A DNA stretch of 64,000 nucleotides, taken from IMG/VR virus record IMGVR_UViG_3300038415_000320, one strand, 5' to 3'. The notes under the pieces were generated by a model, which had not been told where the DNA came from, did no database searches, and saw only the letters and a list, made by a program, of their open reading frames with translations. This document shows, in pieces, positions 18,521 to 29,067 of the stretch. This DNA comes from an uncultured virus (IMG/VR IMGVR_UViG_3300038415_000320) (lineage: Duplodnaviria; Heunggongvirae; Uroviricota; Caudoviricetes). Made by a program: the position numbers and the translations under genes. Every line of letters starts with the position of its first letter. Position 1 is the first letter of the stretch.

Positions 18521-19330
18521 ATGCTTGATGTCAACTCGCGACTAGAAGTTCATCTGGTGGACGGATGCAATCTGCGATGCCAGGGCTGCAATCACTTTTC
18601 AGATCTTACTAAGCTCGGTATAAAGTCATTAGACGAAATGGCTTCTCAGCTGGAACCTTGGAGTCGCCGAATTGCAATTCAAGAACTGAGCCTTCTAGGG
18701 GGCGAGCCGACTCTAAATCCCGATCTGATTGCCATAATAGAACTGAGCCGGCGACTCTTCCCCGAAACTCCTATATCCATATTGACCAATGGCTTTTTAT
18801 TGGACAGACATGCTGGACTAGAGTCTTGTTTGAAACAGGCGGGTGTGAAACTCAACGTGTCTGTTCATGAAAACTCTCAGAACTATCGCGACAGGTTTCA
18901 GTCCACGGTCGATTTGCTCGCCCGATGGAAAAGATACGGCGTAAAAGTAGAAGTGTGGGATACATGGCAGCGCTGGACCGATGCTTATATCGGATCTCGT
19001 GAAGAGCTTAGACCTTTCGCGCATGGCAACCAGGCTGCCGCGTGGAGTTCGTGCAAGATAATCAACTACAAGTTTGCTCAGCTCAGAAACGGTTGCATTT
19101 GGAAGTGCCCGCTAGTGGCTTATTTACCGCTGGTCAAGGAAGAAAAGCCGGAGCTGGACAGTCGATGGGCTCCGGTCTTTGCTTACCAACCCTTAAAACC
19201 TTCCGCCTCCGATCTGGAGATCTCCGAGTTTTTTGCGCGAAAAGATGAATTTGTTTGTAGCTGCTGTCCTGTTAATCCTCCCGTATATGAGTATAACGGG
19301 CACAGTCCTCTTTTTTCGTCAAGGAGATAG
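18521..19330 (+). CDS. Radical SAM protein
   Basis: CNLRCQGC, GGEP, TNG, WKCP. Confidence 0.85.
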   Translation: MLDVNSRLEVHLVDGCNLRCQGCNHFSDLTKLGIKSLDEMASQLEPWSRRIAIQELSLLGGEPTLNPDLIAIIELSRRLFPETPISILTNGFLLDRHAGLESCLKQAGVKLNVSVHENSQNYRDRFQSTVDLLARWKRYGVKVEVWDTWQRWTDAYIGSREELRPFAHGNQAAAWSSCKIINYKFAQLRNGCIWKCPLVAYLPLVKEEKPELDSRWAPVFAYQPLKPSASDLEISEFFARKDEFVCSCCPVNPPVYEYNGHSPLFSSRR

Positions 19331-19335
19331 TTGGC

Positions 19336-20142
19336 ATGATAGCCATTGATACCCGTTTAGAGATTCATCTAAGCGAGAGTTGTAATCTTCGCTGTCGAGG
19401 ATGTACTCACTTCTCAGATCTCCTCACGGGGGGTGTAAAATCACTCGCCGAGGTGTCGGCCCAACTCGAACCCTGGAGTCGTCGAATCTCTGTTAAGGAG
19501 GTCGTTTTATTGGGAGGCGAACCCGCACTCAATCCAGATCTGACGAATATCATAAACCTTAGCCGATCTTTGTTTCCTGAGACCCCGATCGTGATCTTAA
19601 CCAACGGATTTCTACTTTCCAAACACGAGGGATTGGCCGAGTGCCTGCTGAAAAATCGCGTGCAGCTTGGGGTGTCCGTCCACGAGAACACTCCAGCCTA
19701 TCGAGCCAAGATCCAACCAGCACTAGACTTGCTATCCCAATGGCAACGCATGGGCATCGTGCTTGAGGTGTGGAACACCTGGCAATGCTGGACTAAGCCG
19801 TATGTCGACTCGCCTGATGGACCTGTACCGTTTAGTGATAATAACAAGTATGCAGCCTGGTCAGCATGCAATGTTCCGGCTCGTAAATGTGCACAACTAA
19901 GAGACAATTGTGTCTGGAAATGTCCACTAGTCGCTTACATGCCGTTAGTCTGTAAGAAGCTGCCGAAGATAGCATCCCAATGGCCTGAATTGCATAATTA
20001 TCAGCCTCTGCGACTTTCAGCGACTGACAATGAAATCGTCGATTTTTTTGCCAGGGGAGCCGAGGACGTTTGTAAATACTGCTCTATTCTCCCCGAGAAA
20101 ACAGAGTATCAAGACAGTAGCTTCAGCGATCTGATTAAGTAG
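19336..20142 (+). CDS. Radical SAM protein (tandem paralog of 18521..19330)
   Basis: CNLRCRGC, GGEP, TNG, WKCPLVAY. Confidence 0.85.
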   Translation: MIAIDTRLEIHLSESCNLRCRGCTHFSDLLTGGVKSLAEVSAQLEPWSRRISVKEVVLLGGEPALNPDLTNIINLSRSLFPETPIVILTNGFLLSKHEGLAECLLKNRVQLGVSVHENTPAYRAKIQPALDLLSQWQRMGIVLEVWNTWQCWTKPYVDSPDGPVPFSDNNKYAAWSACNVPARKCAQLRDNCVWKCPLVAYMPLVCKKLPKIASQWPELHNYQPLRLSATDNEIVDFFARGAEDVCKYCSILPEKTEYQDSSFSDLIK

Positions 20143-20164
20143 CGCATTAACCAAGGTATTTCAC

Positions 20165-21613
20165 ATGCGACCTATGGACCAAATGAATATCGTAGATATC
20201 GATGTCACAACTCGATGCTGTCACCAGTGCTCTGGATGTACCCGAATGGTGGGACATGTCCCTATAAGGGATATGGATCTCCCAACATTCAAAAAGGCGG
20301 TTGATTCTCTGGACGATCATCCGGGAATGATCGGTATCATAGGAGGCGAACCGCTTCTGTGGCCTCATATCGAAGTTGCGTCAGAGTACCTACTTCAAAA
20401 AACCAAGGATTCTCCGCAACAGAATCCTCCTTGCCAGCCGATAAACGACTTGCCTGGCTTTCTATCACGACATTACGGCGATATTCACAAGCGTCGAGGT
20501 CTTTGGACCTCCCTGCCTCCGAACTCTATTCTACATTGGGAGCAGCTTTTAGACACCTATCAGTTTCTTTGCGTGAATACCCATGAGAATGCTGGCCTGC
20601 ACCAACAGTTTTTGGTGGCTAGCGGCGAGCTGCCTCTCCCTAGCCAGCAACGGGCTGCCATGATCCAAGACTGCTGGGTGAACAAGTATTGGTCCTGCTC
20701 TATCACGCCCCAGGGCTGCTGGCCTTGCGAGATCATGGGCTCCCTAGCCCATGCCTTCGAAGGCCCTGGCCCGACGCAAGGCTGGCCAATTGAGAAGGGA
20801 TGGTGGAAGCGTCAGCCTGAGGACTGGGGAGATATGCTGAAATGGTGCGACATCTGTGGCGCTGCCATGGATGTGCCCAGGTTGAGGTCCACTGACAAGA
20901 CTGAAATCGTGTCAGCTGCAAACTACGATCGGCTAGTAAAAATAGGGAGCCGAAAATTGGCTCAAGGGAATGTTCGAATTTTTGATACAGCCCATTACGA
21001 TTGTTCTGTTTACCAGACAGACAAGTACATAGATTGGTACTTGCCCACAACCAATAATCAAGCAGATATCTCGGCTCGAATGAAACCGACAAACAATAAC
21101 CTCAAGCCCAAGAAAATCGAATGTGTGGTGCTCTGCACTGAAGCACATATCTTGACCGACAACTGGCTCTCGGGAATTAAATCATTAATGGACAATGTCG
21201 TGATTGTATCAAGCGCGACCAACATCGATAACTCAGAAGCTGCCACAAAGCATGGGGTATCATTTCTTGTAAGTTCAGGACTCTTGATTAACGACGTTTT
21301 GTCGTTGTCCATATGTAAAGATTGGCTCCTAATTGTGGAAGGAGGAGCCCTAATACCTCATAATTTCAAGAAGATGTTCAATAGCCACATCTGGAATCCT
21401 GGCACGCTCTACAGGGCGAATGTGCTCGTCGAGGATAACTGTTCCAGATCTGAAAAACGCAAATTGGCTCTTTTTCAATTTTTCAACCTTGAAGCGCACT
21501 TCTTGCGCGAAACTCGTGCGGATGATTGGTCTTTTTTCTCTTCTGATTTTACAATTGACAATCCATTGTCCCTACTGTGGCCAGCAAACAAGCAATGCCT
21601 ATTAGATTTTTGA
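20165..21613 (+). CDS. Radical SAM protein with a C-terminal degenerate GT-like region
   Basis: CCHQCSGC, IGIIGGEP, CW...WS...T..G..PCE. Confidence 0.75.
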   Translation: MRPMDQMNIVDIDVTTRCCHQCSGCTRMVGHVPIRDMDLPTFKKAVDSLDDHPGMIGIIGGEPLLWPHIEVASEYLLQKTKDSPQQNPPCQPINDLPGFLSRHYGDIHKRRGLWTSLPPNSILHWEQLLDTYQFLCVNTHENAGLHQQFLVASGELPLPSQQRAAMIQDCWVNKYWSCSITPQGCWPCEIMGSLAHAFEGPGPTQGWPIEKGWWKRQPEDWGDMLKWCDICGAAMDVPRLRSTDKTEIVSAANYDRLVKIGSRKLAQGNVRIFDTAHYDCSVYQTDKYIDWYLPTTNNQADISARMKPTNNNLKPKKIECVVLCTEAHILTDNWLSGIKSLMDNVVIVSSATNIDNSEAATKHGVSFLVSSGLLINDVLSLSICKDWLLIVEGGALIPHNFKKMFNSHIWNPGTLYRANVLVEDNCSRSEKRKLALFQFFNLEAHFLRETRADDWSFFSSDFTIDNPLSLLWPANKQCLLDF

Positions 21614-21663
21614 GTACTTTCGACTCGGCTCTTAACAATCATTTTTAAGAAAAAGGTGAAGCT

Positions 21664-22470
21664 GTGAGTGATATAGCTGATCAATTAGCTAGTTATTACG
21701 ATCACGTGGGGTGGCAGACTATTGATGGCATTACCACCGACCGACGACTCTGGGTTGACAGTCGTCAATGTGCCTATGAATACATGCAGAGAGCGAATCG
21801 TAAGATTCGGTCTCATATGCCCGCCACAGGCGAGAGATTACTTGACATAGGATGTGGTCCCATGGAGGACCCAGACTATGTAGAACTGTCCAAAGGATTT
21901 GCCCAACGACACTGCTCTGATGTCTCTGCCGTAGCTTTGGAAGCGGCTCAACGGCAGATAGGATCTCACGGAGTTTTCTATCACGGCGACTTCTCTACTC
22001 TCTTGCTTACTCCAGGGTCATTCGACTGTGTTCTCTGTATTCACAGCTTGTACCATTTCGAGGCAAGTCGACAAGAAGAGGCAGTACGCAAGATGCTCCG
22101 TCTAGTCCGAATGAATGCCCCGGTTCTTATTGCATATAAGCATAATGACTCCTTGCTCGATCAATTACCGGAAATCAGGTCGTTTTTTGAAGTGCTAGGA
22201 CAAGGGTTAAGCTCTCAGCCAGCTCCTGATGATACTCCACTGTATGCACACACAAACCCGCTCTCATGGTGGAAGAGATTCGAAGATATCGCTGAACTGA
22301 TGATTTATCCATTGCACACCTTCGACGTCCATGAGCAGCGAGTTCTTTTTTCGGATGACGAGAACGGTCGAGCTGGATTCTCGCTACTCGCTGACTTGGA
22401 AGACCGATATCCCGATCTCTTCACTCAGATCGGAAAATACTGTCTCATTCGCTTGCTGCGCACAGCGTAG
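21664..22470 (+). CDS. Class I SAM-dependent methyltransferase
   Basis: LLDIGCGP, GDF, FDCV..IH.LYH. Confidence 0.85.
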   Translation: MSDIADQLASYYDHVGWQTIDGITTDRRLWVDSRQCAYEYMQRANRKIRSHMPATGERLLDIGCGPMEDPDYVELSKGFAQRHCSDVSAVALEAAQRQIGSHGVFYHGDFSTLLLTPGSFDCVLCIHSLYHFEASRQEEAVRKMLRLVRMNAPVLIAYKHNDSLLDQLPEIRSFFEVLGQGLSSQPAPDDTPLYAHTNPLSWWKRFEDIAELMIYPLHTFDVHEQRVLFSDDENGRAGFSLLADLEDRYPDLFTQIGKYCLIRLLRTA

Positions 22471-23479
22471 CCGAGAGATTCCGGTTACTGTGTCCAATGG
22501 CGCAAAGCCGATTACATGAAACCATGGCGCTTCGCTGTTCGTTGGCGTCCCAGAAGCGTTTTAAATCTCCGCGAACTTGATACTTGACAGGCGCAAAGTT
22601 GCTAAAACTATAGCAGTGCCCAATTTCGCCATAGAGCCCAACTACCAAGTTGCGCTCATAGCAATTACAGATATGTTCACTAGTTCGCGGGGCTCCTGAC
22701 CAGCCCCGATTCAAATTGTCTCGTCCTTGCAAGTCAGCATAGTATCGACAAAACTGAGAAATCCAAAGCGGATTAAGATGTAGCTTAAATTCCAAGTTGC
22801 AGTAATTCAACTCCTCGCGCATTTTTTCAACATCAACCTGCGAGTAACTAGCGAAAAAATCATCGGGCGGCGTTTTTCCTGAATGAACTCCAAACGATGG
22901 TTGCAGTCCATTGACTTTGAGTTTGTTTGCTCCTAATTCGCGCAACACAAGCTGATAGAGTTGTCGCAGTTTGTTGTAAGTGACAGAGGTTAACAGTACC
23001 ATAACGTTTATGCGGGATTCTTTGAGCCCGAGTCTAGTCCTGGCAGCCACTAGTCGTTGCACGGCTAGGACTACTGTATCATAGGAGCCCTGACGACCTC
23101 GAATCTTGTCGTGTTCCTCCGGAATGGAACTATCCAGAGACAGTGTAAGCTCGTGTGGTCCGCGCAAGAGTAAATCGGCTGCTCGGTCGTCGGAATGCAC
23201 GCCATAACCGTTGGTAGCGTTGAAGATCTTCAATCCGTGGGATCGAGCGGCTTGGCATACTCCAATGTAGCGCTCGTATTCGAGCATGGGCTCGCCGCCA
23301 CAGATTACAACCTTGCCGGACGGGTTCAGCTCGGCAAACTCGGAAATGATTCCCGCCATCGTTTCTACGGCGATCCTTTTTGGATCTCTCCTAGTGTCGG
23401 ACATCCAAAAAAGACAGTGTTGGCATCTCAGGTTGCATTCACTGCCTACATGCAGAAAGAGAAATCCGGGAGGGTTCAT
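22445..23479 (-). CDS. Radical SAM protein
   Basis: CNLRCQHC, GGEP, TNG, SLD....HD.IRG. Confidence 0.85.
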   Translation of the reverse strand: MNPPGFLFLHVGSECNLRCQHCLFWMSDTRRDPKRIAVETMAGIISEFAELNPSGKVVICGGEPMLEYERYIGVCQAARSHGLKIFNATNGYGVHSDDRAADLLLRGPHELTLSLDSSIPEEHDKIRGRQGSYDTVVLAVQRLVAARTRLGLKESRINVMVLLTSVTYNKLRQLYQLVLRELGANKLKVNGLQPSFGVHSGKTPPDDFFASYSQVDVEKMREELNYCNLEFKLHLNPLWISQFCRYYADLQGRDNLNRGWSGAPRTSEHICNCYERNLVVGLYGEIGHCYSFSNFAPVKYQVRGDLKRFWDANEQRSAMVSCNRLCAIGHSNRNLSATLCAASE

Positions 23480-24381
23480 ATTATTTCCTTTCCTCGTTCT
23501 TCAATCATGCGATGGAGACGACACTGTCGCAGTATTCTATTTGCCACGCGTTCGGCATTTTCAAGAGTTCCACCTGGTAATTCTGAAGTGAGCTTTCCAT
23601 CTAGAAGTTCTTGTCGATACCTTTTGTTCATGGCTGGAATCGTCACGTCGATAACAAGGCCATCCAGGTCTATAGCCACGAATTGACTTGGCCGCGGCTT
23701 GCTGAGAAAGACTTTGATATTGTCATTTCCGGTCTGGCCTTTGACAATGAAAACCTGATCTCCGTATCCAGCCCGGATAAGTTCATGAGTTCGTTTGACA
23801 TGTTCATTTACCGCAGCTTCGACACCTCCGCCCTGGTCGAAATAGTCGTCGAAGACAATGATTCCGCCGGGGACTAAGCTGTCATACAGATGATTCAAAC
23901 AATCTCTAACCCCGTAATACATATCGCAGTCGATATGAATGCAGCTGATCGGTACCGGACACTTACCCGTCATGGTCTTATTGAACCATCCAGCGACAAT
24001 ATCGATGTCTCCAGCTACTCCATGTTGTTCTAAAGTAGCTCTCACAGCTCCTTCAGAATGGATCATATGACCTGGTCGATAATGCTCCGTTTCAACAGTT
24101 GCTCTTTCGTTGGGCAATCCCTCGAAACTGTCATAAGCTCGAACCCGACGACCTGTAGTCCTTAAAACCTTCGCCATCATGATCGTGATGCCGCCTCTGA
24201 AGATACCGCATTCAACCCCGGCTCCCAGCGGTGGTGAGGCCAGTATCGCATCATAGACCAGTTGAGCCTTGTATCGATGCAGGAGCGTGATTGGAGCTAC
24301 TGTCGGCCAGAGATCATCAAAAGTGGGAACCGAAGTCAAAGACGCGTCGCTCATTTTTTTTCGATTATGACCCGTAGCCAC
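23476..24381 (-). CDS. TylF/NovP-family sugar O-methyltransferase
   Basis: VECG.FRGG, YDSFEGLP, GWF..T, HIDCD.Y, GG.IVFDDY. Confidence 0.85.
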   Translation of the reverse strand: MATGHNRKKMSDASLTSVPTFDDLWPTVAPITLLHRYKAQLVYDAILASPPLGAGVECGIFRGGITIMMAKVLRTTGRRVRAYDSFEGLPNERATVETEHYRPGHMIHSEGAVRATLEQHGVAGDIDIVAGWFNKTMTGKCPVPISCIHIDCDMYYGVRDCLNHLYDSLVPGGIIVFDDYFDQGGGVEAAVNEHVKRTHELIRAGYGDQVFIVKGQTGNDNIKVFLSKPRPSQFVAIDLDGLVIDVTIPAMNKRYRQELLDGKLTSELPGGTLENAERVANRILRQCRLHRMIEERGKEII

Positions 24382-24483
24382 ACGGGTGGCTAGTTCTTTA
24401 TTGGCTCAACTGTTCAGACATCAAAAAAATGCTTCTTATCGGGAAAGCAACTGAGCTAGACTCCTATTTGAGAACCCCCAATC

Positions 24484-25434
24484 ATGAGCTGCGACAAATT
24501 CTGTGAAGGATACCGTCCACTCTCGGCCTGGGATGCTGATCGTGAGATCCAAGCATGCGAGCCTTTCACACCACCTCATTACTGTACTCGAAAGCAGTCA
24601 AGCCGAACGGTACTTGATTTCTACTATGAGCATCGATCGATTGAGCTGCATCCGCCCTCAAAGCATCACGATCTTGTTGTCATGACGGCGTGCCGACCTC
24701 TAGGTTTAACCCTGGAAAAAACATTACTGTCTCTAAAATCGGCTGGGTCTGAACGCTGGCAAGGCAATACCATTGTTTCATCGGATGGTTTGTGTTCTCC
24801 TTTCAATCGAGATTCGATTTGGGAGAGCTACGAGCAAAACCCAGCGAAAGGATCAGCTCTCGCGTTTATCCAGACCCTTAAGAGGGTCTTGAGCATGAAT
24901 CCAGATCTCGACTATCTTACGATCGTCGAGGATGATGTGGAGCTGTGCAAAAACGCTTTGGACTACATTGCCCAGGTGACTATTCCCCACGATGCGAGTT
25001 TTTTGTCGTGGTTTACTTATCCATATGACTTTTCCGGTCTTGAACGGCGTCCCAACTATCAGGTTAGTCCAGCCCGAGAAAGTATCCCTCTAGCGACGCT
25101 TGCTTGTAGGCCCTCTAGATTTTTTGTCCTTAATCAGGTCTGTACGTACTCACGTCGAACTCTCGACCGTCTATTGACATGCCCACACATCACGGACGGC
25201 TGGCCCCAGAGAAACGGCCATGATGAAATGCCTGCCTGGGCGTTGGGAGATGAGTTGTACGCCACTCATTTACCAATCTTGGCTCAGCACACTGGGGGAC
25301 TCAATTCGGCCGTTACGCTTTCTCGCAAACCCCTAGATAGCGAATCTAATGATCCTCAGGCCGGAGAACGAACATCCCCCCTCTATGTCGGCGCTAACTT
25401 CGATGCTCTCTGCTTGCTCGATACCGACATTTGA
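24484..25434 (+). CDS. Putative GT-A glycosyltransferase
   Basis: TIVEDDV motif, P.LAQH.G. Confidence 0.6.
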   Translation: MSCDKFCEGYRPLSAWDADREIQACEPFTPPHYCTRKQSSRTVLDFYYEHRSIELHPPSKHHDLVVMTACRPLGLTLEKTLLSLKSAGSERWQGNTIVSSDGLCSPFNRDSIWESYEQNPAKGSALAFIQTLKRVLSMNPDLDYLTIVEDDVELCKNALDYIAQVTIPHDASFLSWFTYPYDFSGLERRPNYQVSPARESIPLATLACRPSRFFVLNQVCTYSRRTLDRLLTCPHITDGWPQRNGHDEMPAWALGDELYATHLPILAQHTGGLNSAVTLSRKPLDSESNDPQAGERTSPLYVGANFDALCLLDTDI

Positions 25435-25448
25435 CAAGAGATCTAATA

Positions 25449-26015
25449 ATGGAACGCAAGTTCACTATCGACTGGTTTTATCACAAGATTCCGGCCTGGA
25501 ATGAGCACATTGTGCCTCGCTTCAAAGATCTGCCGGATGTCAGGTGGTTAGAGATTGGCGTTTACGAAGGAAGGTCCGCCTTTTGGGCTCTCGACAATGT
25601 TCTGCAAGGACCAGGCGCCTTGTTGTATTGTCTTGATCGATTTAGCCCAGATGTTCCCTATCTTAGTCTCTGGGCTCCCAACTTGGATTATGAAGCGGTG
25701 TTTGATGCCAATGCCGACGGCGATCTAAGAGTTGTTAAGCTCAAGGGACGAAGCCAAGAGATCCTTCCTACTATCAAAGAGCTGAAATTACATGGTGCTC
25801 ACATTGATGGCGATCATAGCAAGTCCGTCATACTTCTTGAAGCCGGTTTGGTTTGGGATATGTTACTTCCTGGAGGGGTCTTGGTTTTCGATGACTATGG
25901 TTACGAACCAATGCCCGAAGCTAAAGAAGCGATTGATGAGTTCTTAGCAAAACCAGAAGTTCATCATCAGGTACTGTTTAAAGGTTTTCAAGCCATCGTT
26001 CTCAAGCTGGAGTGA
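25449..26015 (+). CDS. Class I SAM methyltransferase (Methyltransf_24-like)
   Basis: LEIG.YEGRS, HIDGDH, GGVLVFDDY. Confidence 0.85.
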   Translation: MERKFTIDWFYHKIPAWNEHIVPRFKDLPDVRWLEIGVYEGRSAFWALDNVLQGPGALLYCLDRFSPDVPYLSLWAPNLDYEAVFDANADGDLRVVKLKGRSQEILPTIKELKLHGAHIDGDHSKSVILLEAGLVWDMLLPGGVLVFDDYGYEPMPEAKEAIDEFLAKPEVHHQVLFKGFQAIVLKLE

Positions 26016-26122
26016 CCTGATGACTTCCATGTGGGTTGGTGTCAGCCACCTGACAAAATATGGGTCGATATGGTATGCTTAGATCTTCTGATCTGACAAC
26101 CTCTGATCTAAAAAGGTGACTC

Positions 26123-26485
26123 ATGGCTAATCTTCTACATGTTACGTCTTTTGACTTGGCAGCTCTTCAAGCTACTGGTTGGACCTACGAGGCGGATTTC
26201 ATTCTGACCCCTGCCTTGCCAGCCACAAGTGTGGTACTGGGCGCTCAGATCACAACGACCGAAGCCCTTGCGGGTCCTGATCTTGTGGCTGCAAGAGCAG
26301 AGGTCAACCTGTACTCTGGTCCAGCAACGATTTCAAACATGTCGGCCGACCTCATGACACTCGGTTCCTATAACAGCGGTAATCAAGTCTATCGGCTGCA
26401 AGTGTATGTGACAGGTTGTATGATGCAAAGTCTGACAGCTGGCGCCTTGACGGTTACGTTGTTTTACGAAGACTACACAGCTTAG
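26123..26485 (+). CDS. Small acidic beta-rich protein, putative virion protein
   Basis: Thr/Ala-rich, ends LTAGALTVTLFY; AAGG RBS. Confidence 0.5.
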   Translation: MANLLHVTSFDLAALQATGWTYEADFILTPALPATSVVLGAQITTTEALAGPDLVAARAEVNLYSGPATISNMSADLMTLGSYNSGNQVYRLQVYVTGCMMQSLTAGALTVTLFYEDYTA

Positions 26486-26498
26486 TCGACTGCCGATC

Positions 26499-27521
26499 AT
26501 GATAGTTGGCTATTCGCCAAAGCACGATCGCCCAATACAGATCGGATTCCTAGGATTCCATAAACTGTGGGATCCGATCTGGAATCCGATCACGATTTCT
26601 CTAGCCCATCGGTACAGCCTCGATGTGTCGTCCAGCTGTTCAGACGGTCATTTGGAACCCATCCCCGAGGTTTTGTTCACCTCAGTTTTTGAAGCAGGGG
26701 GCCTCACGATGCAGAAACGATGGTGTCACTCTGGTGCCATTGGTTCAGCATCGGAGAGGCCACTTTACCTCGACCGTCGTTATGCCCAGTCCCTCAAGAT
26801 CTACACGAGCGATGAGTGTGTACCGCCTCCGTGGGATGAGTGTGATTACGCCATGTCGTATTCGCACGAGCAAGATCATCGACATCTGCGTCTTCCCGTG
26901 TATGTGGGAGGCCTTCGATTCTTGCTTGATTTGCCCTGGATTAGAGAGGGCAGAATGCGTTTTCCTAACTTGTCGCTCTCAAAGAGACACACCAGTAATT
27001 GGGATCAGATCTTTGCGCTTAAAACCCGATTCTGCAACTTCGTTTACACCAACGCACAGGTGCCTGAACGAAACGATTTCTGCTGTCTTTTATCTAGGTA
27101 TAAGAAGGTCGATTGTGGAGGGACCGTCCTGAACAACATTGGATCCCTCGTAGCAGAGAAGCAGCCATTTCTGGAAAACTACAAGTTCACCATTGCCTTT
27201 GAAAACCGATCGTGCCCCGGCTATGTGACAGAGAAACTTGTAGATCCAATGATAGCTCGCAGCGTTCCTGTTTATTGGGGTAGTCCGACCCTTGACCAGG
27301 ACTTCAACCCGCAAAGCATCGTAGTCGCGACAGGTAGAAAGATGTCAGATGTTGTAGGCGAGATTATAGCACTTGACAAAGATGACTCGGCCTATATAGC
27401 GAAAATGCAAACTCCCTGGTTCCATGGAGATGTAATGAATCGTTATTGCAGTGTTGACTATGTCGCTGATTTCTTTGAGAGAATTCTTACTGAGCAAAAA
27501 CGATCACGGGTAATGGATTAG
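26499..27521 (+). CDS. Glycosyltransferase family 10 (second fucosyltransferase-like paralog)
   Basis: YKFTIAFEN..PGYVTEKL...PVYWG. Confidence 0.9.
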   Translation: MIVGYSPKHDRPIQIGFLGFHKLWDPIWNPITISLAHRYSLDVSSSCSDGHLEPIPEVLFTSVFEAGGLTMQKRWCHSGAIGSASERPLYLDRRYAQSLKIYTSDECVPPPWDECDYAMSYSHEQDHRHLRLPVYVGGLRFLLDLPWIREGRMRFPNLSLSKRHTSNWDQIFALKTRFCNFVYTNAQVPERNDFCCLLSRYKKVDCGGTVLNNIGSLVAEKQPFLENYKFTIAFENRSCPGYVTEKLVDPMIARSVPVYWGSPTLDQDFNPQSIVVATGRKMSDVVGEIIALDKDDSAYIAKMQTPWFHGDVMNRYCSVDYVADFFERILTEQKRSRVMD

Positions 27522-27531
27522 CAAGGCTTTT

Positions 27532-28173
27532 ATGCGAATTTATACCTGTTATTCGGATAGTCATCTGCCCATGGTATCGGAATTTCTCCTGCCATCGGTC
27601 CCCGAGGGATTCGACCTATGCCTGAGACACATAGCCCAATCGTGTCCTACAGGCAATTACGGCGATTCCGGATGGAGTAAGGCCATGGCCGACAAGGAGC
27701 GGATGATTTTGAAAGCCATCGAGACTGAGCAGGATACCTTCATCGTGTGTGATGCCGATATTGCATTCTACGATTTGAATCCAAACGAAATCGCAGCGGC
27801 TGAAACAACTGTGTCTTTCGCTCTCGACTGTCCCCTCGTAGATGCTGAACCGCCTAGCTATTGTGCTGGTTTCGCCGTGATAAAACCCTGTCAGCTGTCT
27901 CACGAGCTATACACCATCGTACTGGACAACCTTGCAAAGATCGGGCGTGAACAGCCAGCCTTAACGGGAGTAGCACTCCCCAACATGCTGGCTCGACATC
28001 CCAAGGATTTCCACGTCGCATACTTGCCTTCCGAGCGCTACTGGAACAAGACCCATCCCAGAACCTCTCAAAAACTGGCTGTTCATCATGCGAACTGGGT
28101 GATTGGAATCCCGGCCAAGCTAGCCGAACTCAGAAGGGTCAGAGATCTTGAGTTGACGTCTGGTTGGCCTTAA
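27532..28173 (+). CDS. Nucleotide-diphospho-sugar transferase (GT77-like)
   Basis: IVCDADI, CAGF, EQ.AL, HHANW..G...K. Confidence 0.75.
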   Translation: MRIYTCYSDSHLPMVSEFLLPSVPEGFDLCLRHIAQSCPTGNYGDSGWSKAMADKERMILKAIETEQDTFIVCDADIAFYDLNPNEIAAAETTVSFALDCPLVDAEPPSYCAGFAVIKPCQLSHELYTIVLDNLAKIGREQPALTGVALPNMLARHPKDFHVAYLPSERYWNKTHPRTSQKLAVHHANWVIGIPAKLAELRRVRDLELTSGWP

Positions 28174-28741
28174 TCTTAAAAATAAATCTGGGTTCGTATC
28201 CGGGCCGGGTTGGATAGCCGACATAGATGCCATAGCACTGGTAGTTAGACAGGCCCACCTCGAAGTTTTCAATAGCAGTCATGCAGATTCTTTCAACAAT
28301 CACGTCGATCTTTATTGAAAGCTCTTTTTCGGATGTCTTATACAGTTGGCTGTTGTATAAAATCGTCTGCAGCACCGGAGGTTTTCGATGTTGGATTAGA
28401 GGCCTGAGTTGGACTCCAACAGCATCATCCGAAGTAAAAACAAGTTGAGCTCGAAGCCATTCGGAAATCTTACGTTTAACACCTTCATCGATTTCACCCC
28501 TCCGTTGAGCAACAGCTGTTTCAGTAGGCGGCAAAATGGGACCAGCAAAAGCCAGCAATTTGTGATCGTTTACAGAGAAAACCTCGCCATCCCAGAAAAC
28601 AGAATCAGGCGCAATAGGCGACGTTTTCCCAAGGCAGGAATAGACTCGCACAATAGTCTCATATTCACCGCCGGATAGGGACCGTGAACATTTAGCCCAG
28701 TAGAAACCTTCAACGAGGGGTCGATCGGTTGTGTATTTCAT
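28139..28741 (-). CDS. Hypothetical protein
   Basis: Coupled ORF in the minus-strand array; P..EGFYW phage-type N-terminus. Confidence 0.5.
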   Translation of the reverse strand: MKYTTDRPLVEGFYWAKCSRSLSGGEYETIVRVYSCLGKTSPIAPDSVFWDGEVFSVNDHKLLAFAGPILPPTETAVAQRRGEIDEGVKRKISEWLRAQLVFTSDDAVGVQLRPLIQHRKPPVLQTILYNSQLYKTSEKELSIKIDVIVERICMTAIENFEVGLSNYQCYGIYVGYPTRPGYEPRFIFKIKANQTSTQDL

Positions 28742-29022
28742 TCGGACTTGCCTCTTAAGTAGCCCAATCCGCCATAGACTCGTTGACCAAACCAAGCATT
28801 GAAATAGGTCAGCTCGGCCAACGCGACTTGGTAGTCGAGCGTTGGTGTTTGCAGCTCACTAGCCATGTCGCGATCGGACACTTGCAATAATGATTTCTTA
28901 AGTAGCGCAAGGATCATCTCTCGATACTGAGTGATGATCTCTTCATACTTTGGATCGGTATCTGACAAGACTCGCTGAGCCTCATCGAAGGTGAAACAAA
29001 GCTGGGGCATTTGAATTTTCAT
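28738..29022 (-). CDS. Hypothetical protein
   Basis: ORF in the co-oriented array. Confidence 0.5.
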   Translation of the reverse strand: MKIQMPQLCFTFDEAQRVLSDTDPKYEEIITQYREMILALLKKSLLQVSDRDMASELQTPTLDYQVALAELTYFNAWFGQRVYGGLGYLRGKSE

Positions 29023-29067
29023 GCTGTGATCTTTCTTCAACTAGATACTTGACATGGTGAGGGCCTG

